62,855 nucleotides of DNA, filler included, from Trichomonas gallinae (GCA_008369845.1; 6 parts of 6 records of this genome joined end to end with filler, not necessarily neighbours in it), one strand, 5' to 3'; numbered from the whole stretch's first letter, positions 1 through 11,301 are shown. Translations and numbers: made by a program. Notes: generated by a model from the sequence alone, not told the origin.

Positions 1-453
1 TCATAAATCACATATATCAACAATTCTAATTATCACAAAATTAGTTCGAAATTCGCAAAAAATCGAGTTGAATCACTTCTGAATCACTTCAAGATGTATA
101 CGCATCGTTATTATAAAAATTGCCCTTTTTTAGACTTTCATCATAGAAAAATATACTTTTTATTAATGCACTATCGCCTAATTTAGGTCGCGAATGATAT
201 GCAAACATAAAAGATTTTGAAGTTTTTCCATGTGGGTTTTTACCTATGTAAACATCAGAAACAGGTGGACTTTACTTTTTGTGGTCACTATAAAATTAGT
301 CGTATCATCACCAATAACTCCAATAAATACAAGATCGCCAACACAGTTTCACTTACAGTTAAAAAAAAATGGATTATATTGTATAAGCTCTATAATGAAT
401 AAAATGAATATTTGAATGGAAAATAATCGTTTGCAAAAAAGTGGCATATAAAA

Positions 454-1071
454 ATGAGGAGTTTTTTAACTCGTTTTGATCATTATTTCCTGGAGCCATT
501 ACCACCATTAATTTCACCCATTGTTGCTTGCTATGATTTTGCTATGTGCGGGCTACCTATTTTGCCTTTCTTTTATTTTCCCTTCGTCTTTTTCGTCCTT
601 TCAGTGCATTATTATGCTTTAAAACTCTTTAATATACCATGCAAATTCAAATTTTCCGATCCTTACTTTTTTGTTCCAATTTTAATCGAGGTTTATATTT
701 TATTTTGGATTCCAGGTTCCATGAAATTTCTTGTTAATCATCAGATTATAATATTCTTGTTCAAAGGATTTACTACCGGTCGTTCAATTTGCTATTACAT
801 AATCACATGCTCACCATATTATCGAAATAAATTTTTAACAACATTAATATGGGGATATTACGCTGGGTTCAATAGAAAAGTACTTACATATATAATTGCA
901 TACATATGCGGAAGAAAATGCCCATTCTTATTTGATTGTTATATTGAAGTTTCTGCCGCAATCTTAACTTATTTATTTGTTAACTACTTCTTTAGAAATG
1001 ATCAACTAATGCTGAATCTTGTTGGAACTGCCTACTTTTTGACTAGTGTTTTTCTTTATTTGAAACAATAG
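454..1071 (+). CDS. Hypothetical multi-pass membrane protein (205 aa)
   Basis: ATG in AAAAATG context; several hydrophobic F/I/L/Y-rich stretches; no recognised family motif. Confidence 0.7.
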   Translation: MRSFLTRFDHYFLEPLPPLISPIVACYDFAMCGLPILPFFYFPFVFFVLSVHYYALKLFNIPCKFKFSDPYFFVPILIEVYILFWIPGSMKFLVNHQIIIFLFKGFTTGRSICYYIITCSPYYRNKFLTTLIWGYYAGFNRKVLTYIIAYICGRKCPFLFDCYIEVSAAILTYLFVNYFFRNDQLMLNLVGTAYFLTSVFLYLKQ

Positions 1072-1357
1072 TTAAGTACGGCAAAGCAAATAATTGTATG
1101 TCTAACAGGTTAATTTGTTTTTCAAACTGACTAGGCGAATTCCTTTGTTTTTTAATATTAAAAATATATCAAAAAAATTATATCATGGTTATACTACTCA
1201 CCTTATCTATATATTATAGCACGAAGAAAAATTATGAAAATTTCAAATAAAAAATATAATGATAAAAAAGTTAAAGATATCCGCAAACTCGTGTACCAAG
1301 TATGAATATATATATGAATTGAGTTAATAATATAGTAAAAATTATCATATTTTATTA

Positions 1358-3289
1358 ATGCTTAGTCTTCTATTTTTCTTATCAAAAGAAATAAATCTTC
1401 CTAATGGCATGCCAAGCGAATTTTTGCATGACTATGTGCCGGGATATATTGCCGTGACGCCTAGAGAACGCTTCGTTTCAGCTGCCATCTCAATCTCTTA
1501 TAAAGGCGAAGTTTTGTACCAAGATATGTATGGTTACGCTTCTAGAGAAACTTGGACTCCCGCTTCTAACTTTACATTGTACGAATGGGGAAATATTTCA
1601 AAATTATTGGTGCATATTTCAATTATGCAGTTAAAAGAGCAAAATAAGTTGGAACTCACAGATGATATACGAAAATATACAGGAAATGACATTTTCAAGA
1701 GGCTCGGTGCAAATTCAAAAATTACAATTTTGGATTTAATGAATTATAACTCTGGATGGGATAATGTCATAACGGATTCATACTTAAAAAGCGGCAAATA
1801 CATAGAAATCGAGACATATCTTAAAGTTAATGAACCAAAACAAGTTTATAAAGCAGGAACTCGATTTCTTGATTCAAAATATGCAATTATCGTCGAAGCA
1901 TACATAGTTGAAAAGGTTTCCGGACTTCCATATATAGAATACGTTCAAAAAAATATTTTTGATAAATTAAATTTAGTAAATATCTCAATTGATCCACGAA
2001 GAACAGATATATCTGATGCTGCAAGGGAAAATATCGCATCAGGCTATAAATATATGTCGAAAACAATTTTACAGATTCCAAATTGCAGTTTTGGAGCTTA
2101 TGCAGCTGAAGGAGTAATTAGTACGCTTAGTGATATAACAAAACTAGTGAATAACTTGGTATTTAATGAACAAAGGCAAACAAAATTATTTGAAAAATAT
2201 GAAACACTTGAAGAAATGATGACAGTTTCATTTAGAGTAACTCCTGATGCTCCAGGTATAGCACATGGTTTAATAGAAGACTTTTACTTATCAAGATTTG
2301 CATTTAATTTGCATGGAGAGACATTAGGCAGTTCTTCGACAATCAGCATCATGCCAAACCTTGGTTTCACGTGCGTTATCATGACAAACATGAGAGCTGA
2401 AATCATCATTAATAGCGGACTCCTAAGAAACCTTTGGGGACTTGACAAAAAGCCAGAAAACCCGGAGAAAATTGATGCAATTACAGAAGGAAGCTTCCAG
2501 TCCGAGAGGTTTATACACAAGGGCATATTATACCACTACTTCAAAGAAGATTCCGTGGAACTTATTCGCGATGGAGATTCGCATATCAGCTTCAACAGGG
2601 ATTTATATATGCACGTGAATGGATCAAAATATTTCTACACTAAGCTTGGCCCAGCACTTCCATATAAAACACCTTATCTGATCTTAGTCAACGAAAGTGG
2701 AGAAGCTCCGTATTTGTATTCACCTGGAAACAGTTATAGACACATAAACAATGATAGCGAATTTATGATCAAGCTCCCGATAATTATTCTTCTTTCTGCA
2801 TCTGTCTCGAATGCTTTGTTCTTGTGTATTCTTATCCCTGGGTGGGTGCATGTCTTTAGGAAGAGAAAAAACACATCATTCCTAACTTCAGTGAATAAGT
2901 TTTGCGTCATAACATTTATCCTCATTGTTATGAATTTTTACCAAGGCGCCGGTTTGTATATATTAGACAAGCATATTGATGAGTTTATTACACACCAACT
3001 TAGGAATGGAATAGTTCAGTCATTCAGATGCTGTTTGGGATTTTCGATAGTATTTCTCGTCCTTGAACTAGTTCTATGGCTATATCCGCTAATCAAGAAC
3101 ATGAGAAAGAAATACTTGGAAATGAATATCGATTCTAGTGCTCTTCTCAGCGACTACACAGACGAAATATCTGATAGGCCAGATAGATCAATATTTAAAG
3201 TCATGGCTGACATCACTATAATATTCGTTTACTTCGACGTCATTGTGATTATTGGATTCTCTTTCAAATTGCAGATCTATGAATACTAA
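1358..3289 (+). CDS. Beta-lactamase/serine hydrolase (S12, AmpC/PBP-like) fold protein with signal peptide and C-terminal TM helices; catalytic motifs substituted
   Basis: YGYASRE..LYEWGNISK, ITILDLMNYNSG, AYIVEKVSGLPYIEYVQKNIFDKL and STLSDITK follow the class C beta-lactamase family pattern; N-terminal MLSLLFFL; about 4 hydrophobic C-terminal segments. Confidence 0.85.
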   Translation: MLSLLFFLSKEINLPNGMPSEFLHDYVPGYIAVTPRERFVSAAISISYKGEVLYQDMYGYASRETWTPASNFTLYEWGNISKLLVHISIMQLKEQNKLELTDDIRKYTGNDIFKRLGANSKITILDLMNYNSGWDNVITDSYLKSGKYIEIETYLKVNEPKQVYKAGTRFLDSKYAIIVEAYIVEKVSGLPYIEYVQKNIFDKLNLVNISIDPRRTDISDAARENIASGYKYMSKTILQIPNCSFGAYAAEGVISTLSDITKLVNNLVFNEQRQTKLFEKYETLEEMMTVSFRVTPDAPGIAHGLIEDFYLSRFAFNLHGETLGSSSTISIMPNLGFTCVIMTNMRAEIIINSGLLRNLWGLDKKPENPEKIDAITEGSFQSERFIHKGILYHYFKEDSVELIRDGDSHISFNRDLYMHVNGSKYFYTKLGPALPYKTPYLILVNESGEAPYLYSPGNSYRHINNDSEFMIKLPIIILLSASVSNALFLCILIPGWVHVFRKRKNTSFLTSVNKFCVITFILIVMNFYQGAGLYILDKHIDEFITHQLRNGIVQSFRCCLGFSIVFLVLELVLWLYPLIKNMRKKYLEMNIDSSALLSDYTDEISDRPDRSIFKVMADITIIFVYFDVIVIIGFSFKLQIYEY

Positions 3290-3572
3290 TTTTATTATGT
3301 TTTTATGTTATATATCATTTCGAACAACAGATCATGATTTTTAAAATCGAAAATTTAATAATCATTCTCCATTCAACCTTGTTGCCACATTTTTACTTGT
3401 CTTCGTCGTATATATATCAAAAGATCATGATTTTTGTTTAAACCCGAATGGGTGATAACTAGATAATATCAAATTGTTGAAATATTTTCTTTATAAAATC
3501 TAGAGAAATGTAATTCATTAATAATCTATATTTTTGATTAGCAAATTAATATTTTTGTAGGTGGGATGTTAA

Positions 3573-5921
3573 TCATTGTGTTTCATTTGGTGTGTTTTCC
3601 TTTGTTGTTTGTTCATCATTGTGAATGCTTTCTTCAGCAGGGACTTGTGCGAAATGAAAATTAGGCTGCTGTAATGGAGCCTGTCCTGCTGGTGGAGCGT
3701 ATTGAGGTATTGCGAACGGGAAAACATATCCTGGGAACTGCGGATAACCATGTGGAATGTTGTATGAAAGACCAGGGAACATCATTTGAAGTGGTGTCGC
3801 TTCTTGATGCCCGTTATGTATCAGATGCTCTTCATCTTGCATTCTGGTCTGATATTTCCTCATGCATCCCAAGAACACGCTCAAGACGACAATCAATACT
3901 ATAGATATTATAGCAGCGTTGACCAGCACAAATGCAAGAATGAGCTGCGTGAACGACATCCTCATGAGAAGCGGTTTCTTCCTTGGTTCTACTGTCTTGA
4001 ATTGTCTCATTTCTATTGTCCTCCTTGGTGTTGGTTTATTGACTGTTTTCGGTTTTTCTTCTTCTTCTTCATTGTCAGATTTACCTATGACTTTAATTTT
4101 GTCATTATTTTCTTCTTCTTTTGTTTCTCCTTTACTTTTTGCTATTGGAGTTTCATCTATCCGAGGATTGCCGAATATCGTGAAGGTAGACGAATCATAG
4201 TAATCGCATGGTTTTGGAACAGTATCCAGCTCTGAATCCCAGATTTTTTCATCCTTTGCATATTCTTTGAAAACAAAAAGAGATGAAAACTTCTGGTTTT
4301 GTTCTTTAGTGATTTCACCATTACTATTATATACTGTTACTAAACTTGGCCAGACAATGTTAAGTTTATGTTCTCCATTTCTGTGCGCAACTAAGCAAGT
4401 CTTCGCTGGAGAAAACTTTGGCATCGAAATTGTTGGTGAAAATGATATTATTAATGACTTGCAGCTATTGTTAACCAGCTCTGAATTTATTATAGATAAG
4501 TGACCTTTAGAGTCTGGTGTTGTTATTATGCCAACATCGCTGAATTGTATGGGTTTGTCCGCTTCAATTTCATATAAACTTTTTCCCCAGAAATTTGCGA
4601 ATTTCGCATTTTTGTGATTCTCTGGAAGAAAAGTCAGCGTGTGCTTGTTTCCGAAGACTAATATATCCGTAACACCATTGAAATAGGCAGAATCTATTTT
4701 GTTTTTGACAATTTTAATTTTCCTTCTCAGTAAAGAACTATAAGCACTAATAACTCCATTGTTTTGGTTTGTGATTCGCCATGAACCGGTTGTTGTTTCA
4801 TCTGAGCTAACAAATAATGAGAAATTACGAACTTGGTCAACATATTTAATATAAATGATTGTGTTGTTCGCAATTGTTCCATAGATTGAATCATATGTTG
4901 GAACAAACAATTTCTTATTATCATTGAAACCTATTGAACCAAATTTTGCTTTGAAAAATGAATACAATTCAATATCTTTATGCGAAGGAATCCAAATAAT
5001 TACTTCACTCGTCAAACCATTTAGTTTTTCTCTGAAGAATTCAACACTTCCTGTTTCGACAAACATCATTGAAAAGTTAATTCCTGGGACTAAAACTCTG
5101 AACGATATTTGCTTAATTAATTGTAAATCTATAGTAATTCCTGAGACTGTATTGTGCTTAAGTGCAACAAGTTTTGCTGAGCGAATATCTTTTTTGTGGT
5201 TTTCACTGTACTGTGATAATGAAACAGATGATGTGAAGTAAACATAGCAATCATGAAGTTCTGGAACAATTGTCAAGTATTTGTAGCCTTGTAGATTTGG
5301 ATTATCAACAGAAGCTGATTGCGAGAAGCTCATATACTTAGTGACAAGTTGATCTTGATCCCTAGGAATTGCTGCCCATTTGTCCATAACTGTTTCTTTC
5401 ACCAAGAAATTTTTCATCATCGGTCTTTCGATTTTCTCGACAGCTTCTGCCCTTTCATCAGGCATTGAGTCTATTCCATGAATATACATATTTCTTTCTT
5501 TATTTGAGCTAAAGGAATGATAAGGATGCCATATACATTGATTCTGTTCCAATCTCTCTTTAAATTTATATAAATTATTGGGATTGGAGACTATTCCGAA
5601 TCCATTACAGAAACTTGGTATTATACGATTGTATATGTCAAGTGTTAGATTTAAAGTAGGTCTGATTTCAAGCACTATATTATTATTTGCAGTGTAAATT
5701 CCTGGAAACTTATCTGGATTGAATTCTTTTGTCTTATTTGTTTCTTTTATATGAATTTTAGCATTCCAGCCGAAACTATTTTCGATAAATATAAGTTGCC
5801 GTTGAGAAAGTTTAATTGTATATGTGTTAATACTGAGTGCGGTTATACTTGTAGAAGAATTGGTGTTGATCTCCAATTCTATTGTTTTGGAATAAGCAGC
5901 ACAAAAGAAAAGAAAAAACAT
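3573..5921 (-). CDS. Type I single-pass surface membrane protein, unknown family
   Basis: First ATG at 5921 gives signal-like MFFLFFCAAYS; one TM (LILAFVLVNAAIISIVLIVVLSVFLGC); P/Q/Y-rich cytosolic tail. Confidence 0.8.
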   Translation of the reverse strand: MFFLFFCAAYSKTIELEINTNSSTSITALSINTYTIKLSQRQLIFIENSFGWNAKIHIKETNKTKEFNPDKFPGIYTANNNIVLEIRPTLNLTLDIYNRIIPSFCNGFGIVSNPNNLYKFKERLEQNQCIWHPYHSFSSNKERNMYIHGIDSMPDERAEAVEKIERPMMKNFLVKETVMDKWAAIPRDQDQLVTKYMSFSQSASVDNPNLQGYKYLTIVPELHDCYVYFTSSVSLSQYSENHKKDIRSAKLVALKHNTVSGITIDLQLIKQISFRVLVPGINFSMMFVETGSVEFFREKLNGLTSEVIIWIPSHKDIELYSFFKAKFGSIGFNDNKKLFVPTYDSIYGTIANNTIIYIKYVDQVRNFSLFVSSDETTTGSWRITNQNNGVISAYSSLLRRKIKIVKNKIDSAYFNGVTDILVFGNKHTLTFLPENHKNAKFANFWGKSLYEIEADKPIQFSDVGIITTPDSKGHLSIINSELVNNSCKSLIISFSPTISMPKFSPAKTCLVAHRNGEHKLNIVWPSLVTVYNSNGEITKEQNQKFSSLFVFKEYAKDEKIWDSELDTVPKPCDYYDSSTFTIFGNPRIDETPIAKSKGETKEEENNDKIKVIGKSDNEEEEEKPKTVNKPTPRRTIEMRQFKTVEPRKKPLLMRMSFTQLILAFVLVNAAIISIVLIVVLSVFLGCMRKYQTRMQDEEHLIHNGHQEATPLQMMFPGLSYNIPHGYPQFPGYVFPFAIPQYAPPAGQAPLQQPNFHFAQVPAEESIHNDEQTTKENTPNETQ

Positions 5922-6282
5922 AATCACTTTTATTGGCACTTTTTAGAACTGTGAAATCTGAAATTTCGCATTTTCATGAGCATCTAATGGTATTTGAACT
6001 ATTTTATTAACGCTAATCCACAATATGCATACTTTTACATAATATTAAGATGGTATTAAACAAAATAAATCATATAAAATATTAACCTTATTTTGAAATA
6101 ACAATTGTTTATATATGTAATTAAGCCATTATATAGTGAGCATGTTTGGTGCCATACAAGAAAATTTATGGGGCCAGAAACATCATTTTAACGCCAAAAA
6201 AAAGATCATTTTCTTCAACCATGATTTTTGAACTAAATTTAATCGTTACAAATATTTGAATTCTTTACGCGGGAAAATTTTA

Positions 6283-6475
6283 AATTCGTCATCAAAATAA
6301 AATACTTACTAAGCAAAATATTGACATATTTAATAAAAACGAAAATTAATTTTACATGGCAAAAAATAAAATTCGTTTCTAATTTCATCATCAAAATAAT
6401 AAATACTTAATGAACAAAATATTGACAAAATTAATAAAAACGAGAAATAATTTTACATGGCAAAAAAATAAATTA
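6283..6475. repeat. Imperfect tandem duplication of about 100 bp in the divergent promoter region
   Basis: TCATCAAAATAA..AAATACTTA..CAAAATATTGACA..TTAATAAAAACGA..TAATTTTACATGGCAAAAAA occurs twice in tandem. Confidence 0.85.
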
Positions 6476-6624
6476 TAGATCTTTTTTGTATTTCGCATTT
6501 CTGGTATTAAAAATGAAATCAATATCATGTGCTAATATTAAATCACAAATAAAAAAAGCAAAAAATTGGCGCCAAAAAAAATTTTTTTTAGGCCAATCGC
6601 GGGAAAAATTCAGAAACTTCAAAT

Positions 6625-9600
6625 ATGTCTAACTTAGTACGCGACTATTTCGCAAAGATCATCGGTGAAGCGAAGCCACCGAAAGATATGACTCAGGATC
6701 TGATGACTTTATTCGAATTCCCGGAATCAGTTCAGTGGTTTATCGAAATTTTAAATGATAATCACCAACTTATGAGACAATACGCAGTTGTCAACTTCAG
6801 ACACGTTATAGAAAGAAATTGGGCTAAAATTGAGGAGGATGGTGCAGCTCCTAGCTTTCTTCAACAATTCATAAATTATTTACAAAACGAAACAAGTCCC
6901 CGCAATGTTCAAAACTTTATGCACAGTATTCGCGATGTACTCGGACGTTATGGAGACAATTGGCCAGAATTATTCCAACTTGCTTTTTCTTTAGTGAATG
7001 GACGCCCTACAATCGCATTAATCATTCTTGTTGAGTCATTTGAGTTCGTCCAGATCGATTTCGCACGCCAAAGCGCAGAAAATATTTTGCAACTTATTAA
7101 TTTCATTGTTTCAAACGGAATTGAGACAGAATTCTCAAATCTTGCTGCACAGCTGTACTACGTTCTTGTGCACAGAGAAGAACCATTATTCCAGCCATAT
7201 CCAGAAGATTTCATTCAAACTTTCATGATTCTCGTTAACCAATATATAAATGACCTCAAAAACGCAGCAATTTCACCAGCTGACTCTGAACGCATTGCAA
7301 GCCACCAAGCTAGCGCAATAGGAGACATTCTTTCCATTAGTTTTCCAATTTGCGACCTTGGCCAAATATATGTCAACTTTTTGAACCTTGTTATGGATGA
7401 AACAGTCCTTAGACATCTTGTTTACACAATTTTTGAGCCTTTAACTGAGATTATTAATTCTAATCCAGATCTTGTAAGGCAATACTTCCCTGATACACTT
7501 AATGTCATATTTACACACCTTGCAAGCATCTTTGATCCAGAAGAATCTTACGAATATCAGCCAACTTTCCAAATTGATGTTATTGTGGCAATTGCAGCCA
7601 ATATGAACTCGAGCGCACTGATCGACATTCTCTTACAGTTCATCCAGAGCTCAGAAACATCACATCAAGACTACGCGTGGTTGAATATTTTCTACGAATC
7701 TCTTCCAAACATCGTTGGCGAGGTCGAAATACGCTCAGAGCAACTTATGCCTTGCTTATTAAACGTTTTGCAAAAGACAGATGAGCCAACTGGTCAACTT
7801 GTTTTGCTAACATTAGAAAAAATGTGCGATGACTGCCCAGACCTTGTTGCGAACTACTGCGATGATATTATCAGATCCATTGAGCCATACTACGGTGGAA
7901 ATGACGAGACATTCAAAATCCTTGTTGATTTTCTTTCATTTATGTTCATGGCAGCACCAGTTGACACAATTGACGTCAACAACTCCGTTACTCACATATT
8001 TGAGGAATCAGCTGCAGAACACAACGATGTCCAGTCTTACGCCTTGATGTACAACATGCTTAACTCAGCTGTACAGCACTGCATGGGCGAATCTATTGTT
8101 TTTGTTCCAAACAGAATCCAAGACATCATCGAAACACTCGCGTCAGATGATGAGATGCTTGTCGGTCTTAAAGGACCGGCCATTGAGTGCCTCAGCAGCA
8201 TCATAGCAACATGCTACACAGACGAAGAGCTCGGCGAGACAGAATGCGAACACATCGGATTTTACGTTGAAAAACTGACTGCTTTGATAATGAATGTCGA
8301 CGATCTCGATACTATTGTTTATTCCATGAGATCCATTAGATATCTTTTGAGTCATAACAAGGCTGTCCTCTCAAGGGTCGAAGGATTTGATCCAATGGTA
8401 TTCGTTGCAACACTTATGATGTCACTTTTGCCTGCTTTCGACGCCGTTTATGTTAACTACATTCAATCTGACAGCGAGCAGAATAATGAGATGATTGAGA
8501 GGTACTTCTGGGCGATGGGCAACATAATCAACGCCATGAAGACAGTTTTACACCAGTTCAACGATGAAATACAGCAGTTGATCAGCGGCGAGCAGAACCA
8601 GTTCCACATGATTATCACTGCACTTGCTACACAATTCATTCAGCACTCTGCTGCCGAAGACGAATTAGTTTCTTACCTCCTCAACCTCGGCTACAGACTT
8701 CTCTACTTGCCACCTACAATGGATGAGAGCGGACACCCAACAGATCCTGAGACATTCTACAAGAAATACATGCACGTTCTTTTGTCGACAATCATCGAAA
8801 GCGAAAACGTAGATAATGTTATTTCTTCACTTAGGAATACCAAGAAGCTGATTAAAAACAGATACCAATTCATCGGTCAAGACGTGCCAACAATCTATGA
8901 ATATGTCATCAAACTGCTGAACAGAGAGCTTCCGATTTTCTCGAACTGCGATGATTTGTTCAAGTATGATCCAGATTTAGTTCCTGAGTCACATGAAGTA
9001 CTTGTCAACATCTTCTTGTACTATTCTGAAAGTATCAACGTTGAAGCTTTCTATAACTACATCAGAGAGGCCCAAGGTAAGATGAGTGATGGTGAAAAGG
9101 CAGAAATTTTCTCACCACTTTCTTCCGCAGTTGTTACTTGCGAAATTCCACCAGAACTCATCGAATTCGGCTTGCAGGCGCTTGCTTTATGTGACTTCAA
9201 TCACTCCCCTGATCCAATCTACTTCTTCAACCAGCTAGTTACAGAGAAAAATGAGCTTTTAAGATCAATTCCTGATTTCGAAAGAATAATCGTTCAACTC
9301 AAAGACCTTCTCGTGTCAATTTTATCACAAGAAGTTTGCAAACTCAGATTTTTCTGGGAGACAACAGCAAACGCTGCGATTTTGTTGATCATTCTCTCAC
9401 AACGATTCCCAGGATTATTAAATTTGGCTGAAGTCTTCCCTGTCATCGTTAATAAAGTCCCATATAAGAAGGACTACATCGAAGCTAAGAATATCATGCT
9501 CGAATTATTGAAATTTGGCGTTAATGAATTAATTATGCAAAATGTCATGGAAGTATTCAGAGGCTATGTTACAACAATCGCTCTGCCAGAGAAACAGCTC

Positions 9601-9759
9601 CTCAAGTACAATTTCACGCCAGAAGAGCTTCAAAAAATTATTGTAATTACAAAGACATTGATGCAGAACCATGCAGAATTATCGAACTTAATCCCAACAA
9701 TATTGAACGAGAATGAGATCAGAGTGCAGATCTTCTCACAGCGCATGGGATTAAACTAA
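6625..9759 (+). CDS. Importin-beta family HEAT-repeat karyopherin (importin-4/5-like)
   Basis: 1044 aa, acidic, all-helical; LMRQYAVVNFRHVIERNW resembles the IBN_N signature. Confidence 0.7.
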   Translation: MSNLVRDYFAKIIGEAKPPKDMTQDLMTLFEFPESVQWFIEILNDNHQLMRQYAVVNFRHVIERNWAKIEEDGAAPSFLQQFINYLQNETSPRNVQNFMHSIRDVLGRYGDNWPELFQLAFSLVNGRPTIALIILVESFEFVQIDFARQSAENILQLINFIVSNGIETEFSNLAAQLYYVLVHREEPLFQPYPEDFIQTFMILVNQYINDLKNAAISPADSERIASHQASAIGDILSISFPICDLGQIYVNFLNLVMDETVLRHLVYTIFEPLTEIINSNPDLVRQYFPDTLNVIFTHLASIFDPEESYEYQPTFQIDVIVAIAANMNSSALIDILLQFIQSSETSHQDYAWLNIFYESLPNIVGEVEIRSEQLMPCLLNVLQKTDEPTGQLVLLTLEKMCDDCPDLVANYCDDIIRSIEPYYGGNDETFKILVDFLSFMFMAAPVDTIDVNNSVTHIFEESAAEHNDVQSYALMYNMLNSAVQHCMGESIVFVPNRIQDIIETLASDDEMLVGLKGPAIECLSSIIATCYTDEELGETECEHIGFYVEKLTALIMNVDDLDTIVYSMRSIRYLLSHNKAVLSRVEGFDPMVFVATLMMSLLPAFDAVYVNYIQSDSEQNNEMIERYFWAMGNIINAMKTVLHQFNDEIQQLISGEQNQFHMIITALATQFIQHSAAEDELVSYLLNLGYRLLYLPPTMDESGHPTDPETFYKKYMHVLLSTIIESENVDNVISSLRNTKKLIKNRYQFIGQDVPTIYEYVIKLLNRELPIFSNCDDLFKYDPDLVPESHEVLVNIFLYYSESINVEAFYNYIREAQGKMSDGEKAEIFSPLSSAVVTCEIPPELIEFGLQALALCDFNHSPDPIYFFNQLVTEKNELLRSIPDFERIIVQLKDLLVSILSQEVCKLRFFWETTANAAILLIILSQRFPGLLNLAEVFPVIVNKVPYKKDYIEAKNIMLELLKFGVNELIMQNVMEVFRGYVTTIALPEKQLLKYNFTPEELQKIIVITKTLMQNHAELSNLIPTILNENEIRVQIFSQRMGLN

Positions 9760-9817
9760 TTTTTTTTGTTTTGATAAGTAAAAAGTAGATATTTTTATAC
9801 CAAACATTAACAGTATT

Positions 9818-10240
9818 TTAGTATACATTAACAGAGAGGAATTTCCTATCTTCTTCACGTGGAATTCCAGCGACAAATCTTAGGATCGAAAGCCACTCAT
9901 CTTCCTTCATGCAACCAAGTATTTTGTTTGCATCATCCCATCCTGGCCTTCTAATAAGCAATGGCTCGCCTCTCCATAATATAATGATTGCTGGTGTTGG
10001 AATAACTCCGTATTTTGTAGCCAATTCGTTTGACTTTACTGCATCAAGAATGAATATTTGGCCGACTGTATCTGATGAATAATTTTTCCTGATTTTTTCG
10101 AATAACTTTGCTGTAAAAAGCGATGGAGGCAAAACAGAATGGTAAAAGCATAAGCATATAAATGGTTTGTCTTTGTTCTCTTGTGCCTCTTTAATGGCAT
10201 TCAATACTTCGTCACTAGAATTCGGTTGAAATTCACTCAT
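9818..10240 (-). CDS. Thioredoxin-fold protein lacking CxxC
   Basis: DKPFICLCFY, FILDAVKSNELATKYGVIPTPAIIILWRGE follow the Trx pattern; the active-site position reads VLPPS; ATG at 10240 preceded by AAAAGTGACA. Confidence 0.7.
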   Translation of the reverse strand: MSEFQPNSSDEVLNAIKEAQENKDKPFICLCFYHSVLPPSLFTAKLFEKIRKNYSSDTVGQIFILDAVKSNELATKYGVIPTPAIIILWRGEPLLIRRPGWDDANKILGCMKEDEWLSILRFVAGIPREEDRKFLSVNVY

Positions 10241-10660
10241 TGTCACTTTTAGAAAAATCATAACTTTTGTCACTTTTTGTAAACTATTGAAATATTTGTA
10301 AAATTTGTCACTTTTTAAATTACTCTAACTTCTGTGGAATAAGCCAAACGCGTAAAAAATAAACAATCGCTGTCTTAGAATCTGAATCATGTTCCCAAAC
10401 TCTACATAGAATCTATACACAATAATCTCTTACCAAATAAAAGTACAACTTTTGGCAAAGTTTTCACATTATTGTAATTTTTTGTAAACCATTGAAATAA
10501 TTTATAGCCTTGATTGTTACAAAAATTGTTTTTGTAAAATCTTGACTTTTTTTTTTTTTTTTTTGTAATAATTTGTAAATTATTGAATTATTTGTAAATT
10601 TGTCACTTTTGATGAAGCATAAATAAAAGAGGGGCTGCATCGGACGATAAGTTGGCCTGT

Positions 10661-10665
10661 CCTTT
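10661..10665 (+). promoter_or_regulatory. CCTTT (M5-type) core promoter motif of a ribosomal protein gene
   Basis: CCTTTTCCCTTAATG directly before the eL36 ATG; CCTTT is the known alternative initiator of Trichomonas ribosomal protein genes. Confidence 0.6.
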
Positions 10666-10672
10666 TCCCTTA

Positions 10673-10954
10673 ATGGCTGAGCAGGAACAGACAGCACCAC
10701 AACTCCCACCAAAGCGCGAATGCGGCCTTCATTCCTCTGGCAAGCGTGTTAACTTCGCCCGCAAGGTTGTTCACGAACTTGTCGGCTGGCAACCATACGA
10801 GAGACATACAATGGACTTAATCAAGATCGAGCGCCGACGTGCTGCCCGCCAATTCCTCAAGAAGCGCCTTGGCACACACCGCCGCGCCATCAAGAAGCTT
10901 ACAAGGCTCGAGGAAGTTGTTCAGGAAGAATCCCTCCACCACCACCAGCAGTAA
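10673..10954 (+). CDS. RPL36: 60S ribosomal protein eL36
   Basis: KRVNFARKVVHELVGWQPYERHTMDLIK..RRAARQFLKKRLGTHRRAIKK matches L36e; high-expression codon bias; TAAA at stop. Confidence 0.93.
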   Translation: MAEQEQTAPQLPPKRECGLHSSGKRVNFARKVVHELVGWQPYERHTMDLIKIERRRAARQFLKKRLGTHRRAIKKLTRLEEVVQEESLHHHQQ

Positions 10955-11301
10955 ATATTATTTTTGGATAGAAATCTAACATACTCTTTATTCCCTCAGC
11001 AGCCAATTGAAAAGTTCATTGTCATAAAATATTATGATATCTGATATCTAAGGGTTGAGACTAAATCACATAAGCAAAATTGATAATCTGCAAACAGCAA
11101 ACTTTATTATCTTTATAGTTCTTCTCAATCCTTAGTTTTTAGCTTTCAAATCAAATTTTCTTTTCGATGGTAAGTTAATTATAATTATTTGTTAAGACCG
11201 TATTTCGATTTGTTGGTAGTTTTGAACGTTCTCTGAGGAAAGGAACGATTATTAATAAAATGAAAAATAAATACGTTTAGTTTTCAATATCAGCAGCAAA
11301 A

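Noticed and set aside
217..415. Short ORFs at the window start
   Set aside because: GTG/TTG starts and no recognisable features; likely spurious
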